A stretch of 64,000 nt of DNA from Mobula hypostoma (Eukaryota). The DNA is taken from the NCBI RefSeq assembly GCF_963921235.1, contig NC_086125.1, forward strand, positions 26,846,001 to 26,910,000. Reading direction: 5' to 3'. Shown here piece by piece: positions 11,301 through 24,577 of the stretch; the stretch's first letter is position 1; the number at the start of each line of letters is the position of its first letter. The notes under the pieces were generated by a model. It ran no database searches. It worked only from the letters and a program-made list of their open reading frames with translations, and had not been told where the DNA came from. The translations under genes and the position numbers were made by a program.

Positions 11301-13268
11301 AAAATTTGTGTGAAGATGTTCTGCAACAGAACTGGCCAGGCAAGAAATATCCACTTATGGACAAAGTATATTATGGATATTACTCCTTTCTCCATGTTTG
11401 ACTCTGGATCAAGAGGGTATCAACCATGATTTCACCAAACTATTCAAGGGACCATGACCAACTGCTGCTGGTATCCATGTTCACACAACCAGGCACTTCA
11501 GCCCACAATATTTGCACTGAACATTGCAGCATTATTTTCTTCTTGAATTATTGTGCACCCTCTTCTCTCTCTGTTCATCCTTCATCTAAATCCTAGCTTT
11601 GTCTCTCACCAACAACATTGTCATGTAGAAACAAGAGCTTGCCTCTTTCACTGAGAGGGTACCTGACTGAGATCTGACGGGAGAGAATGCAAAAATTCAT
11701 CTTCCCACAGATAATTTGATGCTTTGATTGTCTATTATATAAACTTGGAATTCCAATTTACCGAACAACTTCAGCAGATCAAGCTGCATCTATGGAGGGG
11801 ATAAATGATTGACGTTTCAGGCAGAGGCCCTTCATCAGGACTGAAAAGGAAGGGGGCAGAATGAGAATAAGGTGTGGGGAGGGGCAGGAGTAAAAAGCTG
11901 ACAGGTGATAGGTGAGGGGGAAGGTGGGTCGGTCAGGGAGATGAAGTGAGAAGCAGGGAGGGGAATGATGGAATAGGTAAAGTAGAGTGGGCTATGGGAG
12001 AAAGGGAAGAAATAAGAGCACCAGAGGGAAGTTTCTTATTCATAGATGTACTGGGCCCCAAAACTTCACAGAACCATTGAAAATAAGCCATTCTGTTCAT
12101 CCTATCCCCGCTTTCCATTCCCTTGGTTAATTTCATTGGCAGCTTTTTTTGCTTGGAGTGAATGGGGGGATGCAAGGTTGTTGAAAGGATCCTGCACTAA
12201 AAATCTCTCTCTCGATGAACAGACAGAGATTCAACAGAGTTCAAGCTCATGAACTTACCACCAAGATCAACTGAACATTCTGCAGCATGGCAAAGTAATT
12301 GGACTGTGAGGCTGGCAATGAACTTGGAGTTCAATTCTGGAGTTTGGTGCACTGCTGTCGGCTACACCAAGGGTCATGTCAAGGATCAAGGCCTGGAGGT
12401 TGACTGGATGTCTGGAAGTCATAACCCAATGGCTGAAAACTGCAGACCCATGTGTCTGGGTGGGTGGGAGGAAGGGAGGAAGGAAATCGGCTTGTTTTGC
12501 TGTTGTTGCTTCGGCACTTGGTATGTTCTGTTGTGTTCTCTGTTCTTCTGAGCACAGTGGGTGCGCTATGTTGACGCCAGAGTGTGTGGTGACACTTGTG
12601 GGCTGCCCCTGCCACATCCCAAATTGTGTCGGTTGTTACTGCAAACTATGCATTTCACTGTATGTTTCAATGTTTATCTGATTAATATATAAATCTGAAA
12701 GGCAGTTGTTCCTATTACAACTGTGAGATGAAGCAGCTGTCCTGTGTCCCTGAGCCTGCATGGCTAGTCTGTGGATTTAGAAACACTGTCGTTGCTGGCA
12801 ATCCCTCCACATAGTGCCTGCCTCAACCACCATTAAGTGTCTGAGTTTTGTTCTGATGCAATGTCCGGACTTTAACTCTGTTTCTCCCCTCCTCCTCTAC
12901 TGAGAATTTGTAACAATGATTTTGGATTTCCAGATGAGAAGGTCATTTTGACCCCGAAGTGGCAGTGATCATTGACGGTTTATAGCCAGATGTAGGTAAG
13001 GACTTTGGGGGAGGCCGGTGAGTAATGTGATATATGGCCACTGTTCCTGAAACCATCAAAGTGAAGTCCAATTCTCAGACTAGGCTGGGACCTGACCACC
13101 AGCTCTGGGTTGTTGAACCCATCATTTTTGGGTTAGAGTTAACACAGGAGTAAAATGGTGGAAATCTGCAATTCCCACTTAGAAAGACTGCGGATTCTTG
13201 GAATCCTTTGTCATTTTCCAGATAGCATTAGGCAGGGGTGAGAAGATATGGAGTGAAGGTGTACAACG

Positions 13269-13416
13269 ACAGTATAAATCAGGCATGTGATAATTCTGTA
13301 GTAGATACTCTTAAATCATTTGCCCTCCAACTATTCTTAAATACAGTATAAATCAGGCATGTGATAATTCTGTAGTAGATACTCTTAAATCATTTGCCCT
13401 CCAACTATTCTTAAAT
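13269..13416. repeat. Perfect 74-bp tandem duplication
   Basis: 13269-13342 identical to 13343-13416. Confidence 0.9.
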
Positions 13417-13969
13417 GGTGTGGATAACTTCACTCACCTCAACACTAAACTGTTTGCACAACCTCCAGACTCACTTTCAAGCACTCTACAACTCATGTTC
13501 TCAGTATTATTTATTTACTTTTTATTTATTCTTTTTTTGTCTTATTTTGCACATTGGTTGTTTTTCAGTCTTTGTGTATCTTTTTGTCATTCATACTATT
13601 GTATTTTTTTGTTCTACAATGAATGCCTGTAAGTATTTGGCGACATATGTGTACTTTGATAACAAATTTACTTTGAACTTAAGGGCTTAAGGGTCCCTCT
13701 CAGGTGCAGAACTAAAAGATTGCTCAAATGATGCTGAATCATGGTCTTCCAAGGATATATTCTCTCCTGGGGTTTATTTTGGAGGACCGTGTGCTGATAG
13801 ACTTCTGAAACTGTAGGTGTCTGTCCTTAATTATTGCACAGTTAGCTGAACAGAACAAAAGTTAACAAGATGTTTAAGGCACTCGCCACAACAGTACTGT
13901 AATACGTAGCCCAATTCAAACCAATGAGAGAGGAAAATTAGGAGAAGTTTCCTGAATCCATCAAAACTT

Positions 13970-13992
13970 TTAGTGTGTCCGCAGTTGGTAAT
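13970..13992 (-). CDS. AP1M2: AP1M exon 12, coding part (DYQLRTH*)
   Basis: TTTTACAG acceptor; TAA at 13972-13970; all exons sum to 1272 nt = 423 aa + stop. Confidence 0.92.
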
Positions 13993-16417
13993 CTGTAAAA
14001 TAAGACACAGAGTTAAACCAGTATCTGTTTTCAGAGAGGAATCCATTCAAACAGTTTGTAAAATTTGAGATCAGTCTTTGACTTTTTTAAAAATAATGAC
14101 TAAGTTTAGAGAGCAACTGTATTTACAAAATAATCCAAACAATCTCAGTTTTACAAGGGAAGTTTAACCCCTTGTGAACCACCAACCCTCTTTCACACCG
14201 ATCTCACTGTGAGGCAAAGCACTGGACATTTCAGGCTGCTGCACTACAAGTTTGATCCCAGTGGACAGCCAGGGTGGTGTTAAAGATCTGCTTTGATGGA
14301 ACCTGAATCTTCAGCCTGGTATTCAATGCCCCTTCTGCTTACTTGGGTGTAGAGGAAAGCCAACTTGATATTGTCCACCATTGTTAAATAGCCCAGAGTC
14401 AACACATGAAGAATTATTCAGAGACAGCTTCTACCTTGCTGTTACAAAACTACTGAACACTCCTGGTATGTTCAGATAGACTCTGATGTCAAAAGTCTAA
14501 CTTCTTATGACTCTGCACCTTATTATCTGCCGCACTGTACTTTCTCTCTTAACTGTAGCACTTCGTATTCTGTTGTTTTCCCTTGTACCACCTCGATGCA
14601 CTGATGAGATAAAACGATCGGTCTGGACAGCATGCAAAAGCTGCTTTTACAGCTCAGGGCGTTCCAGAGTGTGGGGTTCAATTCTGGCGCCGTTCTGTAA
14701 GGAGACTGTACGTACTCCCCATGGAATGCATCTGTTCTTCCCCAGTGTCCTGGTTTCCTCCCACAGTCCAAAGACATACTGGGTAGGTTAATCGGTCATT
14801 GGCAATTCTCCTGCGATTAGGTTGGGGTTAATCGAGGTGGTGGGATCACTGGGCGGTGTGGCTCAAAGGGCAGAAGGGAAGAATTCTGAAATAAATAAAT
14901 AAAGCAAAGTTTTCACTGAACCTTGGTATCTGTGACAATAATCAATGTTTACCAATTTGTTAACTGTCTTGTTTCACAACTGAGTACAGAACCCAGGTGG
15001 TCAATATTAGGTGATGGAGGTGATTGAAACTAGTGAGGTGAAGGGTTAAAAGTTTAGCAAACTATGTTATGTGGTAGGATGATTTATGTTTGAAATTTTT
15101 CAATGTGGAACAGTAGTTTATGCTTCAATTTCATAGTTTCAGTGAGTTGCATTAAGCAGGTTTTTTGGTGAAGAATTATCATTATGGACATTGGAGGAGC
15201 AAGTTCTCCATGGTAGACAGCTATCAATGTTGCGATTCTGATATGGGCTTAGCAATTGTTGGTGTGGTGTGATTTTTAAACAAAACTCACTATAATTCAG
15301 TGCCCCTTGTGCTTACTTGTGTATTGAGAGGAGCCAGTTTAATGTTGTCCACTATTGTTAAATAGCCAAGCATTAATTCATGAAGCATTATTCAAAGACA
15401 ACTTCTACTAGCTGTTATAAAACTATTGAGCAGTCCCCTAGTACGTTAAGATGGACTTTTGACCTCACGGTCTACCTCATTATGACCTTTCACCTCATTG
15501 TCTACCTGCACTGATAAAGAGGAAGATTAGTTTTATTCGTCACATGTACAACACAATATACAGTGAAATGTGTTGAACTTTCTCTGCAACTGTAACACTC
15601 TTATGATCTTCCCTTGTGCTGCGTCAATGCACTGTTGCAACTAAATGACCTGCATGGACGGTATGCAAAACAAAGATTTTCAATGTGACTTGATACATGT
15701 CACAGTAATAAGCCAATTTATTCACTCAACAATGGGCATTTGCAGCCAAGAAGCCCCTTTGGGAAACACACCCAAGCACCTTTGGGATTCCGACTCCATT
15801 GACATCAGAAGGGGAGATGTATAACCAGATGTTGGCCGAATTATTTCAGAAGTTCCTTTTCTCTCACACTGTGGATAAGGTTCCATCACAGACCGAGGAA
15901 CAGCAAATGACAGGAAATGCAGTACAAAGAATCTCTGTTGGTGGGGGTCATAGGGTGGCTGACTGACACATATCTTCCTCTTAAAAATTGTTTAACATCA
16001 ACAATTTATGTGTGTTTTCAGATCTTTTCAGTTCATTTAAAACTAGGGTTTTTTTTTATATGTGAATGTGAAAGAGATTTGAAAACATTCTTAATAACAG
16101 AGATATTTAAACACTATTACAACTTCCACAGCTGGCCAGGTTGGAGATGGGCTTTTCCAGCTGTTAGGGAGAGAGCCACCTCTCCAGGCACTTGTCCATT
16201 TGATGCCACCAGGTTCTGGGCTGGCTTGGACCAGATGAGTGGAGGTGGGGAGAAGGGCTGGGGAAGGGTGGAGCACCTCTGTGGGAGAGGGTGTTCCTGC
16301 TGGAGAATCAAAATTCGGACCAATTCCCACACATTTGGACAGTACAAAGACCCCTCTTTGACAAGCAACACATTGTCACATTTTATCCTTCTCCACCCCT
16401 GCCGCAGCTGCACTAAC

Positions 16418-16493
16418 CTCCACTCTGGGTGATGTATCTGACCCAGGGGAGTGCCTGGTAGCCACTCTTCTCAATAATCTTCATGTACCTCAC
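16418..16493 (-). CDS. AP1M2: AP1M exon 11 (VRYMKIIEKSGYQALPWVRYITQSG)
   Basis: 76 nt, AG/GT; cargo-binding PWVRY motif. Confidence 0.95.
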
Positions 16494-17755
16494 CTACAAC
16501 ATGGGGAAACAAACCAAGTGTTACTCACCGGACCTGTCAGAGAGGCATCAGAATACAAGACGTTGAACATAAAAGACAAAACATTACAGTACATTTCAGG
16601 CCCTTCAGCCCACAACATTGTGCTGGCCTTTTAACCTATTCTAATATCAATCTTAACCTTCCCTTCCATATAGATAGGCACATGGATATTGAGAAATGGA
16701 GAGCTACTAATGGATCTGCCTCTACCACCAACCCTGACACATCCTCCACTGTGTATAAAAAAAAACTTAGCTCTGACATCCCCCCTATAAGTTCCTAGCC
16801 TGCACAACCCTTCCATACAACTCAGACCCTCAAGTCCTGGCAACCTTCCAATAAACCTTCTTTGCACTCGTTCCAGTTTAGTGACATCCTTCCGTCAACA
16901 GCGTGACTAAAACCTGCACACAACTGTCTCCAAATCCAAACCTCACTTGGACCAGTATTGATTGGCTTCTGTCCTGCTCTGTTTAACCTGGTCAGCCTTG
17001 AGTTGATAGAACATAGGACAGTACAGCACAATAACCTACTGTAAGTTCAACCTAACCCTTCACTCCCGCATAGCCCTCTAGTTTTCTTTCATCCACATGC
17101 CTATCTGAGAGTTTAAGTGCCCCTTATGAATTAGCCTCTATCACCACCCCTGGCAGTGCATTCTCTGTACCTACCACTACTCTCTGTGAAAAAAGCTGCC
17201 TTTGAACATCTCGCTTAGAATGAATGTCATTCTTAGACGCTGCATGACCTGCTGTGTTCCTCCACATTTTGAGTGTGATCATTTGATATCCCCCCATACT
17301 TTCCACCAATCAATCTTAAAATTATGCCCCCTCGTATTAGCCATTTCTGCCCTGGGAGAAAGTCTCTGGCCGTTGACTACAGAATGCCTCCTATATCTCA
17401 TAAACCTCTATCAAGTCACCTCTCATCCTCCTTTGCTCAAACTACCCTCATAAGACATGGTCACTACTTCAGGCAGCATCCTGGTAAATCTCCTCTGCAT
17501 CCTCTCTACAGCTTCCATATTTTTCTTATAATGAATTGACCAGAAATTAACACAATACTCCTAGTATAATTTATGTTCATTTTAATATTCACTTGTGTCT
17601 CTCTTGCACTGTGTTGCTGCCAAAACTAACTTTTGAGTTTTGAGCTACCTGCCTATTTTTGTCCTGGTGAACATCTAGCAATCCAAATTAGCTGATGGTT
17701 TGGAGGGACAAGTTTCGACCTCCACACTGGACACCACAGATACACCAGCACTGAC

Positions 17756-17881
17756 CTGTACCCCTGAGACGGTGAAGTAAGGGATCTCGAATTTCACGGT
17801 GATCGGTGGCCTGCCTTCATTGTTCTCATTCTCCACGCTCGGCAGGCCAAAGTGAGCCCGCATCAGGTATTCTTTTCCTCC
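17756..17881 (-). CDS. AP1M2: AP1M exon 10 (GGKEYLMRAHFGLPSVENENNEGRPPITVKFEIPYFTVSGVQ)
   Basis: 126 nt, AG/GT. Confidence 0.95.
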
Positions 17882-18715
17882 CTATCCAGGGGGAGATACA
17901 GATAGAGAAGTTAAAACAAAAGTCAATTTATAAAATGTAATGGTTAACAAGCTCAGATTAATTTATTTATCATCTGTCCATCAAACCATACAGTGAAATG
18001 CATCTTACATTAATAAACAACACAAGCTAGGGGTGCGCTGGAGAGAGCCCACGAGTGTAGCTACACATTTGGATGCTGGCTGGTTCAAAGTAAACTCATT
18101 ATTATACACATATATACGCACGCACACGCATACACCTTCTCCAGAACAGGACTCTGGGCCTTCAGTTGGGCTTTGGCTTCCAGACCTCCTGTCAACCTTC
18201 AAGCTTCGATTTTCAGTATTGGCTCCACAAATCAGTACATTTTTCCTTGCCCTCCCTTCTTTGGCCTCTTTTCAGTCTTTCTGTCTAGGCTTATTGGTAT
18301 TCCACTTGCATTTATGTAGCACCAAAGGATATCCACCACTCTGTAAATAAACTTGCCCTGTAAATCACCTTGGAAGTTACCCCCTCACCTTAAGTTGTAT
18401 TGCTGTTACTGTGAAACATTTTGACCCTGAGGAAAGGAAACCCTCTGCCTCTCATAAACTTATGAACTTCACATCTTCCCTTAGCCTCCACCACTCAAAA
18501 GAAAACCGCTATAGTTTGTCTAGCCTCTTTTGCACCCTCTCCAAAGCCTATACATCATCTCTATAACATGATGACCAGGATTGAATGCTGTACACTAGGT
18601 GAGCAGGAGTGGGATTCTAACAGACGACTTTCTGACTGGGATTTGGATCTCACCCGCTGCTGACCCACCTAACCTCGTTCCAGCTGGTGCAAGGAATAAA
18701 ACAGCTCTCACTCAC

Positions 18716-18874
18716 GGGCAAGCATTTGATGGTCCACACCACTGTGTTATTTTCGGGAACCCACTTGGCGCTCCCCACGCTGGTCTTGAACTTGGGCGTG
18801 TCAGCATCACTTGGCACAGGGATAATGATTTCCACATTGTTGGCGACAGACTGCTTCTTGAACTGACTTTTGGC
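18716..18874 (-). CDS. AP1M2: AP1M exon 9 (AKSQFKKQSVANNVEIIIPVPSDADTPKFKTSVGSAKWVPENNTVVWTIKCLP)
   Basis: 159 nt, AG/GT. Confidence 0.95.
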
Positions 18875-19829
18875 CTGTTGGGAGGAAAAAATATTAACAT
18901 TTGCCCTCCTACCACAGACCTCCTGCTTTTTGTACCATTTTTAAAGCTATATTTCTTATTATAACTTACAGTAGTTTTATGTCCTCCATAAAGCAAAAAA
19001 AAAATCACCTCAAATGTCAGTGATAATAAACCTGATTCTGAACCATCCTGCCTGTCCTGAACTTCATGAACCTTACACTGACTGCTTCAATATCTCACTG
19101 AAGCAACCTCATCATGATCAGCCTGGAAAGTGTGGAGCTTCTGGCTTTTCCAGTACATAGTATCATTCAGTATAGAAACAGGCCCTCAGCCCAAATGGTC
19201 CATGCCAACCAAGATCCAAGCTAGTCCCATTTGGCCCATATCCTTCTAAACATTTCCAATCCAATGTACCGGTTCCACTGTCTTTTAAAAGTTGTGCATT
19301 AATCCACATACATACCTCACTTTGTGTAAAAAGTTGCCCCTTGGTTCCTATTAAAACTCTTCCCCCAAACCTTAAACACATACCATCTAGTTCTTGATTC
19401 CCCACCCCTGGGAAGAAGACTGTGTCGGATCCTGATACTTCAGCAATCCAAAGATTTTTTGGAAGTCAAGAAGGAGTCAAAAAAAAACTTACTGCTAAGC
19501 AATTTCATTAAGTGCTACAAGAACAAAGAACAAGCAAAAGAGGAGCTGAGAGAATGAAGAAAAGACAAAGGACAGAGCAGCCGTAGTCGTCTCATACTCA
19601 GAGTAGAGATAACACAATTGCAGTGATAACAATTAACCTAGAAAATAGCCTGAGTAAAGTGCCGTGACACCTGCTACTGAAAACTACAAAAATACAGAAG
19701 CAACTGTACTGTAATCACCAATTACATGTATGTCAGCAATTATGTAATAAATACAACTACGCATTGGAAAGTTCAAATTGGGGATGGTCGCTGATGCTGA
19801 GTGATAGTGGCATCTAAGAAGCTGTTAGA

Positions 19830-20830
19830 CACATGGATATGCAGGGAATGGAGGGAGCAGATCACATGGATATGCAGGGAATGGAGGGAGCAGATCACAC
19901 GGATATGGAGGGAGCAGATCATATGGATACGCAGGGAATGGAGGGAGCAGATTACAAGGATATGCAGGGAATGGAGGGAGAAGATCACATGGATATGCAG
20001 GGAATGGAGGCAGCAAATCACATGGATCTGCAGGGAATGGAGGAAGCACATCACAAGGATATGGAGGGAGCAGATCACATGGATATGCATGGAATGGAGA
20101 GAGCAGATCACACAGAATGGAGGGAGCAGATCACACGGATATGCATGGAATGGAGAGAGCAGATCACACGGATATGCAGGGAATGGAGGGAGCAGATCAT
20201 AAGGATACACAGGGAATGGAGGGAGCAGATCGCACAGATATGCACGGAATGGAGAGAGCAGATCACACAGAATGGAGGGAGCAGATCACACGGATATGCA
20301 TGGAATGGAGAGAGCAGATCACACGGATATGCAGGGAATGGAGGGAGCAGATCATAAGGATACACAGGGAATGGAGGGAGCAGATCGCACAGATATGCAG
20401 GGAATGGAGGGAGCAGATCACGAGGATATGCACAGAATGGAGGGAGCAGATCACAAGGATATGCACGGAATGGAGGGAGCAGCTCACACGGATATGCAGG
20501 GAATGAAGGGAACAGATCACACGGATATGCAGTGAATGGAGGGAGCAGATCACACGGACATGGAGGGAGAAGATCACAAGGATATGCAGGGAAAGGAGGG
20601 ATGTCAATCACATGGATATGGAGGGAGTAGATCACATGGATATAGGTAGTAGATCACATGGACATGGAGGGAATGGGAGTAGTAGATCACAGGAATATGC
20701 AGGGAATGGGGGTAGTAGATCACACTGGTATGCAGGGAATGGAGGGAGTAGGTGACATGGAGGGATTAGACATGGATATATAGGGGATGGAGGGAGCAGA
20801 TCACACAGATATACAGGGAATGGAGGGATG
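19830..20830. repeat. 33-bp minisatellite (CATGGATATGCAGGGAATGGAGGGAGCAGATCA) with shorter variant units
   Basis: About 30 units; source of the repetitive MDMQGMEGADH and WREQIT ORFs. Confidence 0.95.
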
Positions 20831-21515
20831 TATTTTATGTGCAGATAGAGAGATTTAGTTTAATTTGACATGGTGTTCGGCAGGAGTATCGTAGGCTGAG
20901 TGGCCTGTTCCTACACTTTACTGTTCTATGTTAAAATAAAGGAGTGAGGTTGGTCTTTCCAAACTTGTCCAGCCCATGTGACCTTCCTTGGTTTTGAGGG
21001 AAATACAGTAATTAAAAACTTTTTAAGTGTTAGAACCACTGGAGAGGCCATGGGCCATGCGTTAACTCAAAATGAATCTTTGACGCCCTTACTATTCAAC
21101 CTATCAATCTCCACTTTAAATATACCCAATGACCTGGCCTCCACAGCCATCTGTAGCAATGAATTCCACAGATACACCAACCTCTGGCTAAAGGAATTCC
21201 TCATCTTCGTTCTAAAAGGACATCTTTCTATCTGGTCCTAGAGTCACCCACTATAGGAAAGCAAAGGCTAATAGGATCTTGATTAGTAAGGGTGTCAAAG
21301 ATTATGGGGAAAAGGCAGGAGAATGGGGTTGAGAGGGATATTAAATCAGTCATGCTTGAATGGCAGAGCAGACACAATGAACCAAATGGCCTAATTCTGC
21401 TCCTATGTTTTAGTCTTAAGGGGAAATTAATTGCTGAAATAACTCCTCTACCTTCAAAAATACAAAGAGATGAGATTTAATTCAGTTTCTTGATCATGCA
21501 CAAAATGGAATTTAC

Positions 21516-21587
21516 CTTGATCATGTATTCAACCCGACTATGTGAAAATTTCTCGATAACCGATTCAATCCAAATCAGAGGCTTCAC
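21516..21587 (-). CDS. AP1M2: AP1M exon 8 (VKPLIWIESVIEKFSHSRVEYMIK)
   Basis: 72 nt, AG/GT. Confidence 0.93.
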
Positions 21588-22679
21588 CTAAAATCAAACA
21601 CAAAGTCCTTCAGTAAGTTTCTTCTCTACATGTCTGAATGACTGTTTAGATTCTGGGAAGGCCAGCAGGATTGTCGGGTTATCCCAATTGGAGCTGCGGA
21701 CACCTCTTTCATGTTCTTGGGAGACTCAGTCTCAATCCATCACACCACCATGTGATGTCCATTGCCTTGTTGACACCTCTGGTGAAGATGGTGCTGAACA
21801 TCACAGCTTCTCTCCTTTATAAATGCACAGTGGAGAGTATCCTGACTGGTTGCATTATGATCTGGCATGGGAACACCAATGCCCGTGGAAGGATCTACTG
21901 AAAGTGGTGGGTACAGCCCAGTCCATCACCAAGGACGCCTCACAAACCACCATCTAGGCCATGCTATTTTCCCACCTCACCCACTGAGGATGAGCTGCGG
22001 GAGCCTTAGATCCAAACCACCAGGTTCAGGAACAGTTATTACCCATCAACCACTGGGCTCTTGAACCACAGTGGATAACTTCACTCACCTCAATGTTAAA
22101 CTAAATCTACACACTACAGACTCACAATTCATGTTCTCAGTATTTTTTATTTAGTTATTGACAATAACTTATTTGCATGATTTGTCATCTTTTCCACATT
22201 GGTTGTTTGTCAGCCTTTATTTATGCTTACTTTTTCATAAATTCCAAATATGATTATTTTCCTGTAAATGTCTGCAAGAAAAAGCATCTCTGAGTGGTAA
22301 ATGGCAACATGTGTGTTTTCTGATAATAAATTTACTTTTTGACTTTGATTTTAAGCTGTGGTCTCCATCAGGGTTGTGACTCAGACATGGCTTTTTTTTT
22401 TATTAAGGTTTGTACAGATGGTTTTGGAGACAGCAGCGTGGGGCGTTAGTGGTCAGGCTGGAGACTAGGCCTCCACTCCATGTTCAAAAATCAACGACAT
22501 GTGGGTGGGTGGGACAGTGGAATGGGGCCGGTTTTGCTGTTGTTGTTTTGTTGCTTGCTGTGTTCTGTGTTGTTCTGTTGAGCATTTTGGGCACGCTACA
22601 TTGGCGCCATCGTGTGTGTTAGTTGATGACGTAAGCGAATCGGAATCAGAATTTCCTTCTTCTGTGGACATTACATTGA

Positions 22680-23340
22680 GAAGAATGAACAGCTTCCATC
22701 AGACTGTGAAGAGGAGTGGAGAGTCACTCAGTCTGGAGAATGGACAGCTTCCATTGGACTGTGAAGAGGAGTGGAGAGTCACTCGGTTCGGAGAGTGAAC
22801 AGCTTCCATTGGACTGTGAAGAGGAGTGGAGAGTCACTCGGTCTGGAGAATGAACAGCTTCCATCAGACTGTGAAGAGGAGTGGAGAGTCACTCGGTCTG
22901 GAGAGTGAACAGCTTCCATCAGACTGTGAAGAGGAGTGAGAGTCACTCAGTCTGGAGAATGGACAGCTTCTATCAGACTGTGAAGGGGTGTGAGGGTCAC
23001 TCAGTCTGGAGAATGGACAGCTTCCATTGGACTGTGAAGAGGAGTGGAGAGTCACTCGGTCTGGAGAATGAACAGCTTCCATCAGACTGTGAAGAGGAGT
23101 GGAGAGTCACTCGGTTCGGAGAGTGAACAGCTTCTGCCAGACTGTGAAGGGGTGTGAGGGTCACTCAGTTTGGAGAGTGAACAGCTTCTGCCAGACTGTG
23201 AAGGGGTGTGAGGGTCACTCAGTCTGGAGAATGGACAGCTTCCATCGGGCTGTAAAGGGGTGAGAGTCACTTGTTCTGGGAAGTGAACAGCTTCCATCAG
23301 ACTGTGAAGAGGAGTGGAGGGTCACTCGTTCTGGGGAGTG
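22680..23340. repeat. 55-bp minisatellite, about 12 copies
   Basis: ACAGCTTCCATCAGACTGTGAAGAGGAGTGGAGAGTCACTC... recurs at 22689, 22744 and onward. Confidence 0.95.
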
Positions 23341-24434
23341 TGGCTATGTAATGATTGGGCGCCATTTTCTGTGAAGATCAGCTCCTTGTTCTTTAAGATG
23401 AGAGTGAATCCTATGGACAACAGGGCTTCCACGGACTAAAGACTTGCTGGAGAAGAAAGTCAAATCGCAAGTCAACCATGACCCCTCTTGACCTCACGAT
23501 CTGCCTCATTATGACCTTGCACATTAGTGTCTACCTGCACTGCACTTTCTCTGTAGCTGTTACACCCTGTTCTAGACTCTGTTGTTGTTTTATTTTACCT
23601 TTTCTATCTCAATGCACTGCTGTAATGAATTAATTTGTTTGAGCAGTATGCACAGCTAGCTTTTCACTGTACCTCGGTGAATGACATTACTAAACCAATT
23701 CCAATCTTTCTCTGTAACTGTAACACATTATTTTTAGTACTTTCCTTTTCTATTGCAACCTCTGGCAGCACACCCTAGGTACCCATTACTCTGTGTAAGT
23801 AAAACCTACCCGACACACCTTCCTCACCACCAGGCCACGCCATCTTCACACAGCTCACATCAGGCAGGAGGTACAGCAACCTGAAGTTCCACACCACCAG
23901 GTTCAAGAACAGTCTCTTCCCTCCAACCATTCAGTTCTGAACCAACAGGCAAAACTCTAATAACTAGAGATTAGCAACTCTATGACCACTTTGATCATTT
24001 TGCACCAAAATCTACTTTTATTTTGTTCTAATTGTGTTCTTTCTTGTAATAATTGTGTATAATTTACATTTCATTGATACTTTTAGCTTGTGACAGCTAC
24101 TAATATGGTGCTTATGTGATGCTACTGTAAACAAGCTTTTCATTGCACCTTGTACTTGTGCATACAGCAGCAAACATGACTTCGACTTTTAATGCATCTT
24201 GATATCTGCCCTTCAATCTTGGCTGACAGCAGAAGACTACAGTTGGGCACAAAGTCACTCCATTGACCCAAGGACATCCGGGTCTTTAACCTGGAAGAGT
24301 TCATGAATACAAAACGGGGTAAAGTCCTCCCAGATTTTAGATTTGATTGCTAATCATTGACCTTGGAGGAAGCTAAAAGGTTGGCACAACATCATGGGCC
24401 TGTAGTGTTCTAAATTCTAAGTTCCTTTACTCAC

Positions 24435-24577
24435 TTGAATGTTCAGTCGATAAGACATTAGTTCAAAATCGCCATCCGGTGGGATGAAGGAGATTGTTCG
24501 GTCATTTTCAAAGCGAGAGAGCCTCACACATTGATGAAACTTCACATCCTCTAGTTCCACCGATTTATTTTTGCCTC
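24435..24577 (-). CDS. AP1M2: AP1M exon 7 ([48 protein letters not shown])
   Basis: 143 nt, AG/GT; FHQCV and ISFIPPDG motifs. Confidence 0.95.

Noticed and set aside
15917-16432. 171-aa plus-strand ORF
   Set aside because: Antisense intronic sequence with no recognisable domain or splice structure
19773-20635. Long repetitive ORFs (MDMQGMEGADH, WREQITRIC, PCDLLPPF)
   Set aside because: All frames of an intronic minisatellite; no splice or promoter context
22680-23340. CRISPR-like array
   Set aside because: Contiguous tandem units without unique spacers; eukaryotic intron; no cas genes
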